This document shows positions 57,898 to 64,000 of a stretch of DNA of 64,000 nt, one piece after another (the stretch's first letter is position 1; every line of letters starts with the position of its first letter). The DNA comes from Psilocybe cubensis. Its lineage: Eukaryota. Both the position numbers and the translations under genes were made by a program. The stretch is from NCBI GenBank assembly GCA_017499595.2, contig JAFIQS020000017.1, positions 1 to 64,000 of the forward strand. Reading direction: 5' to 3'. The notes beneath the pieces are model-generated. The model was not told the origin of the DNA, did not search any database, and saw only the letters and a list, made by a program, of their open reading frames with translations.

Positions 57898-59231
57898 ATG
57901 CTTCCCCTCGACGCAGAACTTCCTTCACTAGACACTCAGAAACGCGTTATCAGCGCATTCCTCAACAGCATCATGCTGCAGAATATGTTGATGGGTAATA
58001 TCTAGTCTCAGAAGGATCTTTCCGTGACGTATTGACATTTCATAGGGATCTATACCATAGTATACTCTGGAACAATTTATCTCTACTGTACGCCATTAAA
58101 ACGCGACTTCTATTCAAATATCCATTAAATGTCAATACAGCATTAAACAAAACATCCAATGCAAGCCGCCGCATGGTTCAGAGCACACTGACAGTCCTAT
58201 ACATTTTATGCTTGGGAGACATTCTGGTGGACTGGTACTACCTCGACTGGACAATCGTTGCACTTGGCGACACTCGCTATTCCATGTTTCTGTCTTCTCT
58301 CGACGCTCCGATTCGGGTGGTCATACCAATTGACCTGTTCTTTAATGCGACCTTTGTAGTTTCTGATTGGGTTTTGGTGCGTTTTATATCCGTATATTCT
58401 TGGAGAGTCTTAATGCGTTTAAACAGATATGGAGATGTTACCACGTTTGGGGGAGGTCTGTTAGGATAGTAGCTGCTCTATTTCTCTTTCTCCTTGCCGA
58501 AATTGGTAATGACTTTGAAAAGATTATATCCATAACCTTGTACTAATAGCGGAGATATCTGTAGCTTTAGCAATATCCTTTACAATACTGGAAGCCTCGG
58601 ACGGACAGCTACAAAACAATGGAAACGGACAACTAACCAATAACATATCTGGAGCCTTCGTGCTCATTTCAGCCGGCACAACAGTCATCACTACGCTCCT
58701 CATAGCAGTCAGAATCTCGTACAATCCGCAGATCAGTACGCGGCAGCGGAATATTTACCACCGGATCATAGTGACGATAATCGAATCCTCTGCGGTTTAC
58801 TCTCTGATCCTCTTATTGTACGGTGTCATCGTGATCTGCCCGTTTTTCAACCTCATCGATTCTCCGTTGATCGAGGTGCAATACTACGTTCAGCAGGTGT
58901 TGACCGTAATTGCGGTATAATCTTTTCATTTTTAGATTAATATGAAGACTTTATCTGAAATGTATATCCACAGTGCATGTCGCCGACTGTGATGGTAGCA
59001 AGACTCGCTGTGACAACTTCTCGTACGGCTGGCACTGAATCCACTCCAACAATCACAAACACATCTTCAATGCGTTTCAACGACTCTCAATCAAGAATCA
59101 GACAAAGCAGAAGCATGAGAGCCAGCGAGAACTACCCCACTACACCTGTTGATAAGAACAGTGACGATATTGAGGTACCAGTGACGATAAGAAGAAGTGA
59201 CGATATCGAAATAAATAATGAACAATCGTAA
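57898..59231 (+). CDS. Multi-pass membrane protein of the agaricomycete expanded type (D..LIWRC / IIES motifs); ~6 exons
   Basis: Hand-spliced: MLPLDAELPS..NSIMLQNMLMG|IYTIVYSGTIYLY|..FVVSDWVL|IWRCYHVWG..LLAEI|ALAISF..IIESSAVYS..TVIA|CMSPTVMVARL..NEQS*. GT-AG introns and ~7 hydrophobic segments. Confidence 0.8.
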
Positions 59232-61136
59232 AAATGACGTGTTTCTAGCAGATTAAGGCTCCACCGTACAGTAGTGAATTAAGAATTGTTAGAGATATAA
59301 CTTTATATATCAACAAAAAGCGAACCCTGAATCGACACGCCACCTAGATCAAGAACGAGGTCCGGCACCCTTCTATCATGTATTCCATAGAAGACCTACA
59401 CTCTCCACAGTATTTCCAATTTTCATACCTTACTACGGGGAACTGAAATACTTGTGCCCAGGATGTTCTATTTGTGCTGTCAATTGAGAAGGTCCTCTTT
59501 AGCACATTGCGCTGTTATCACACTTTCGACAACCTTCCTGTCCCGGCGTATACACAATTACCAGCTATCGTGTACTCAAATGCTGATTTATTCCGTGATT
59601 CAACACAACAAGTATTCAACGCGTTTGGAAGTGTCCAGCAGCCCTCAACTCAATCGTATTCGCCGGCTTTGCCTGGGCTTTGGCAAATCTTTGTTGCTCG
59701 CGCTCTCGGCCGAAGTCATGCATCATGTCACGTGAACCTCGGGAAATAGCAATCCGGATCAACACGCTCGGAGGATTTTTTTGTCAACTCATCTCGAACA
59801 TATCCTCTCCATCGAATATTGCTCCGGACTACACCCCCTCTGACATGTTAACATGTACTACTCCTGAAATGCACCAAATACACTTTTTCTAGACCTCAGA
59901 GGTGCGTAAAGTTGATCTCCACCAACAAAAATACAGACACTTTATGTTGAGCTGAAGTCGTTTTCCGAGGCCAACCTTGGTCCAGTTTCAGGCTCTACGT
60001 ATATTCGTTTCGATAGACGATCACGATTTCGCTCTTTTCCCTAGACAGATCATATTGCACTAACGCCCTTTTCTCCTCCTGCATCAAAGCTTGCTTCTTG
60101 GTCCACTTTTCGTCGATGCGCGAAGGCTAGGGGGCTAGGGTTTTAATCTGTCTCATGTTCTTTGCCTTGGTTAGCATCAGCGGTCTTGAATCTATGTCGT
60201 TGATCATGTTGGATCCATGTTTCTCAAGTCTCCAAGCGTCATTCTGTTATGGTCTCTCGGCCGACGCATGTCTCTAAGGATGGTCCACTTTTGATCGTGT
60301 CCCAATGTTCTTGGTGTCGGAATTCGCGCTCTCTAACACCGTGCGGAATTCGAGTCCAATGTTCCACTGGCGAGATCCGCAATCGGCATCGAATCTTTCT
60401 TTGTTCTGTTATCCTCAGTGCTCATTCCATCGCACACTCACTCTAAAAATTTGTGGAGATGATTTCCATTGATGATCTTTCCACTTTCCTGTGCTCCATG
60501 CCAATCTAAACGGTAATAAACCGTACTTCTCGCTGTTTCACGGTTTTCGCATTGCATCCCGTTTGCGGCCTATATTCGTCTTCTATTCACGATGCCTGTT
60601 AATCGCGAACATGATGAAAGTGACCCTCAGCAGGATGTTACTCATTCCATGACTTTGACTACGTCTGAGGACGCGCCCATCCTCGGTGGCTCATACAAGA
60701 AATGCATATATTCTGATATGAGCTCTCGCTGCCTGTATGTGGGGATGTCCAATCCCCGGTTAGTGTGACACCAAGTGACAGGCGAGGTCACACCTGTGAC
60801 CAGGCAATTTCTTGAGACATTGAGTTTGTGCTTTGCACAAATCAAGGTTTCGCCATTTTTTATGTCAATAGAGGCAGAAGATAGTTTATCTCTGTACCTA
60901 TGGTATTAATTAGCTGTAAAAAGTTGTCAATGTGTTTTAAATGCTTAATCAAGGTGTTTTGCCTGCCAAATTTAGACCTCAAAGATATTTATGCATTATC
61001 TCCTCAAGAAATACACATATAGGTATGATCTGTAGAGTTTTGTTCATTAGAATTGAATTTGGAATCGACCTATCAGAGCCGAATTTTGAAATTCTTCCTG
61101 GTTTCTGAGATATACATGTAAAATAGGCACTTTAAC

Positions 61137-61328
61137 TGTAAAGCGCTGCTTTACGAGGAGAATTCTTACGTCGCACGAACTAAACCAGACCAACGTATAT
61201 TGGGGTCTAGTAAGTACGAAACAAAGAACTAACTAGCTCCTATCTACGTTGCGTGAAATGTAACCACATCGGCGCTATCCGATGTGGTTTGAAATAAGAA
61301 ATATCTATTCTGTCCGTCGCCCGTTACA
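61137..61328 (-). repeat. Probable 3' LTR (~190 bp) of a Ty3/gypsy element
   Basis: Minus strand starts TGTAACG just after a purine tract and ends TTTACA (TGTAA..TTACA termini). The left boundary could alternatively be 61117. The partner LTR is outside the window. Confidence 0.62.
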
Positions 61329-61330
61329 CA

Positions 61331-61339
61331 CCCCCCCTT
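61331..61339 (-). other. Polypurine tract
   Basis: Minus strand AAGGGGGGG, two bases before TGTAAC. Confidence 0.65.
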
Positions 61340-61383
61340 GAGATCAGCTCCTGATCTTAGAGTGTGAAAAGTAAAATACATGG

Positions 61384-63672
61384 TTAAATTGAGTTCACCT
61401 TCTTGAGTGATAAACTCGCAATTCCCTGAGTAGGTATGTCATCCTCCATTAACAAGGCACTTCCCATGACATTGTCCTCGGTATCATGTGAAGTCGCATC
61501 AATCATTTCGTCGTCGTTATCGTCGAGCGCCACAGTGGAACCAGTAGGCGCCTTACGTGCAGCCGCAATTCTCTCCTGATCATCAATGATGTTCTGATCA
61601 CGGAACTTGAGGAATCGTTGGAACGCTGGGTCCCCGATACGAATCCAAGTGTAGTGTTGGAAACCTTGACACTTTGGTTTGGCTTTCTCATCCAAACTCA
61701 TGAGTACGTATAAACGAAGGCGATCGTCCTCGGATGGCTGTCGCCACCCGTCCCACTCGGGTATAGCGGGTGGAACTCCAAACCGGTCAATGCGGGCTAG
61801 CCTCTCGTCGTCATAAACAGCCAAGTGATGATTATTCGGGATTGGTCGTGATATACGCGCATTCAGATAGTTGAATCCAAAAGGGTACGCGTGGTCAATC
61901 CAAGACACCGGGATACGATTTCTGACCAGTAGTTCAATGATGTCGACAATACCAAATAATTTAGCGCCTTCGATAGTCAACGAGGACCGAACGAATGAAT
62001 ATGTCGGTCCCTCCTGCGCCTCGAAAGGCGCGCCGGGGTTTTGAGCATCATATGCTTCAATGGCCTCGCGATATCGGTTTGCATGAGACGCCAGTGCTGC
62101 AAACGCTTTGGTAAACTCATGGCGAGCTGCCTTATCCACGGGTCCGAGTACCCGCACAAGTCCCTGCCCAAAAGATGAACGGCGGTCCACTTCTAAAGAC
62201 AGCCGCATCGCAATCCCTGGAAGTGGTGATATACTACCAGGCCTAGCATGCATCAAGGCATATTGAGCGAAGTCGTCAATGAGTAACGAATGCTCGCGCT
62301 TGGGCATTGGGATGCCCATGCCCCGGTTGTTCTTGTGGAGGTTTGCGAAGTTTCGTATGCGGTCGAAGTCGTGCGGCAGGGCGATCTCCATCCATTCGTT
62401 CTCATCAACTTTGGGCGTGAACTCGTCCACGCTCACCTTTTCCAAACATTGCATCGCTCGGTCGTGCACCTGCGGGTTACTCATAGCAGCCGCATTCTTC
62501 AACACGCGCAACAAGATGTACGCTTCGACGCGAACCCAGGGTTCAAATGTCTCGTCTTGAGTAATGCGAACGAGTCCCTTGACCTCCAGCGGGTTACGTG
62601 GGACGCCTCGTGGTGCAGTAGCGTACAAGGGGTTCTTGAACGGGTTGTATGCATTGTCATGGGTGCGCTCCCACTGCATTGCCGCTATGGCAGTGTTACC
62701 AGTGAACACGGTATTGCTACGTTCGGAGAACCATGTGTGCCGTGGGAGAGTGTTGCGTAGTATGTTGAGACGTTGCGGCGAAAGCTGCGGGTGTAAAACC
62801 ACGCCCCACACGTTGTCAATCCGACCTGAGTACATGTCGAAATCGAGTTGACGTTTGGCAAGTCGCCGATTCGCCTCTGCAGTACTGAGATTACTTTCAT
62901 CCTCTGAGTCCTCGTCCTCAGTACGATACCCCACTGGATTTGGGTGATCCCTGGACGGGTCGCGCTTGAGCTTGGGTGATGGGTGCCGTTCTCCAGGAAC
63001 AACCACATTAGTGAGTATGTCATATGTCGGATCATTGTTCTCCGGGTCCCTCGTAGTCACGCCAGCTGTGGGCGTTGACATGTTGGGTGCAGTATCAGCA
63101 TTATGCGTTGGTTTCTTGGATGGGCGGCCGTCATTATCGTCCGTACTTTCCGCCGCACTTCGTTTACTTATGCGCCCATACGCGAGGAGGTTATTGTCCA
63201 GCCTCTTATTCTCGGCTTCCAATTTCTGGAGGCGGAAGAGTAGCTCGGTAGTTAGGAGAAACATTTGCTCGGTTATTATTGCATTCGCCAGGTCTTCCTG
63301 AATGCCGTAGTGAACTAAGGACTCGCGGACAGTGTCAGCATATTCTTGATAATGCTCGCTGACTGCGGTTGTTTGTCCAGTAGTCAAGGCTATTGTCCCA
63401 AGGTTGTTATTTAAGTCTCTTTCCGGTGCGTCTGAGTACGCACCTGTGCCCCGTAAGTTTATTATATTGTTTAAGTTCATTCCCTGGGCTCCCCGATGTG
63501 AGGTTCTCCCTTGTTGCGCCTCTGGCGCCATTGATCTCCCGTTGCCCCATGGTGGACTATACGGTGAGCTTCGATATCCTCCCCCCCCTGAGTGGCCACC
63601 TCCTCGGGGGCCATTGAACTGCCCGCGATAACCCTGATAGTTAGGCCGGCCACGTAAATAGTGAGATTGCAT
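61384..63672 (-). CDS. Intronless 762-aa protein of unknown function; extra ORF between pol and the 3' LTR
   Basis: Long uninterrupted ORF (open from 63843; first ATG at 63672). RG/G-rich N-terminus, short coiled coil (LQKLEAENKRLDNNL), basic patch RPSKKP, globular C-terminal half. Confidence 0.8.
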   Translation of the reverse strand: MQSHYLRGRPNYQGYRGQFNGPRGGGHSGGGGYRSSPYSPPWGNGRSMAPEAQQGRTSHRGAQGMNLNNIINLRGTGAYSDAPERDLNNNLGTIALTTGQTTAVSEHYQEYADTVRESLVHYGIQEDLANAIITEQMFLLTTELLFRLQKLEAENKRLDNNLLAYGRISKRSAAESTDDNDGRPSKKPTHNADTAPNMSTPTAGVTTRDPENNDPTYDILTNVVVPGERHPSPKLKRDPSRDHPNPVGYRTEDEDSEDESNLSTAEANRRLAKRQLDFDMYSGRIDNVWGVVLHPQLSPQRLNILRNTLPRHTWFSERSNTVFTGNTAIAAMQWERTHDNAYNPFKNPLYATAPRGVPRNPLEVKGLVRITQDETFEPWVRVEAYILLRVLKNAAAMSNPQVHDRAMQCLEKVSVDEFTPKVDENEWMEIALPHDFDRIRNFANLHKNNRGMGIPMPKREHSLLIDDFAQYALMHARPGSISPLPGIAMRLSLEVDRRSSFGQGLVRVLGPVDKAARHEFTKAFAALASHANRYREAIEAYDAQNPGAPFEAQEGPTYSFVRSSLTIEGAKLFGIVDIIELLVRNRIPVSWIDHAYPFGFNYLNARISRPIPNNHHLAVYDDERLARIDRFGVPPAIPEWDGWRQPSEDDRLRLYVLMSLDEKAKPKCQGFQHYTWIRIGDPAFQRFLKFRDQNIIDDQERIAAARKAPTGSTVALDDNDDEMIDATSHDTEDNVMGSALLMEDDIPTQGIASLSLKKVNSI

Positions 63673-63915
63673 AGTGTCAGGTATTAAAAATCGATGTAAA
63701 GTAGATGGGTAAGGTAGGAAAGATAGGAATGAATCGTCCCATCGATGAGCCTCCTGTCCCCTCCGAAAAGATTGTTTATTGATCAAGCGCCCGGCATGTA
63801 GCTCCCGTTGGAACCCCGCAAGACCACAGTCCAAACAAGGCAATGTCAGTTTGCCAAGCGTGCAAATCCATCAACATCTATATTATCTGACCTGCGCCAC
63901 GCCCATTCGCACATA

Positions 63916-63999
63916 TTAGCGACGCTTAGGCAAAAGAGAAGGGCGCTTAACCCCCATCAACTGTAGGTAACGATCTAAAGCTGCCAGGTCCTTACAGTT
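63916..63999 (-). CDS. C-terminal end of a Ty3/gypsy pol (chromodomain tail), truncated by the window edge
   Basis: Minus frame reads NCKDLAALDRYLQLMGVKRPSLLPKRR*, resembling the tail after the chromodomain WEP motif of basidiomycete chromoviral integrases. Only 27 aa are visible. Confidence 0.6.
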   Translation of the reverse strand, partial: NCKDLAALDRYLQLMGVKRPSLLPKRR

Positions 64000-64000
64000 C

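Larger units (their letters stand above)
61137..64000 (-). mobile_element. 3' part of an LTR retrotransposon (Ty3/gypsy, chromovirus-like)
   Basis: Order on minus strand: pol tail, long extra ORF, PPT, TG..CA LTR. Confidence 0.65.

Noticed and set aside
63673-63843. N-terminal 57 aa of the 819-aa ORF call
   Set aside because: It begins at a non-ATG codon; ATG 63672 is the more plausible start.

Overview
Left end of a eukaryotic chromosome, most likely an agaricomycete fungus (short GT-AG introns, NACHT-ankyrin NLR, Coprina-type retroelement). Bases 1-~168 are a (TAAACCC)n telomere. From there to ~33.9 kb is a head-to-tail array of an endonuclease-less, telomere-associated Penelope-like retroelement: six ORF copies (four intact, two sharing one frameshift, two subfamilies) and twelve ~0.7-kb terminal repeat units separated by interstitial telomeric tracts. 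Every repeat unit carries a type I hammerhead ribozyme. The main finding is that in 3 of the 12 units the hammerhead is split, inside its cleavage triplet, by a 929-nt group IC1 self-splicing intron that is precisely absent from the other 9 units. This is a ribozyme nested in a ribozyme inside a telomeric retroelement, outside rDNA. The long ORF also contains a 61-nt GC-AG spliceosomal-type intron whose removal would give a short basic ORF1 protein instead of the ORF1-RT fusion. The remaining 30 kb is gene-poor subtelomere. It holds an ankyrin pseudogene, a NACHT-ankyrin NLR-like gene with 17 highly similar repeats, a multi-pass membrane protein gene, and the 3' end of a minus-strand Ty3/gypsy element with a large extra ORF between pol and the 3' LTR. 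All calls come from reading the sequence by eye; no searches or folding programs were run.
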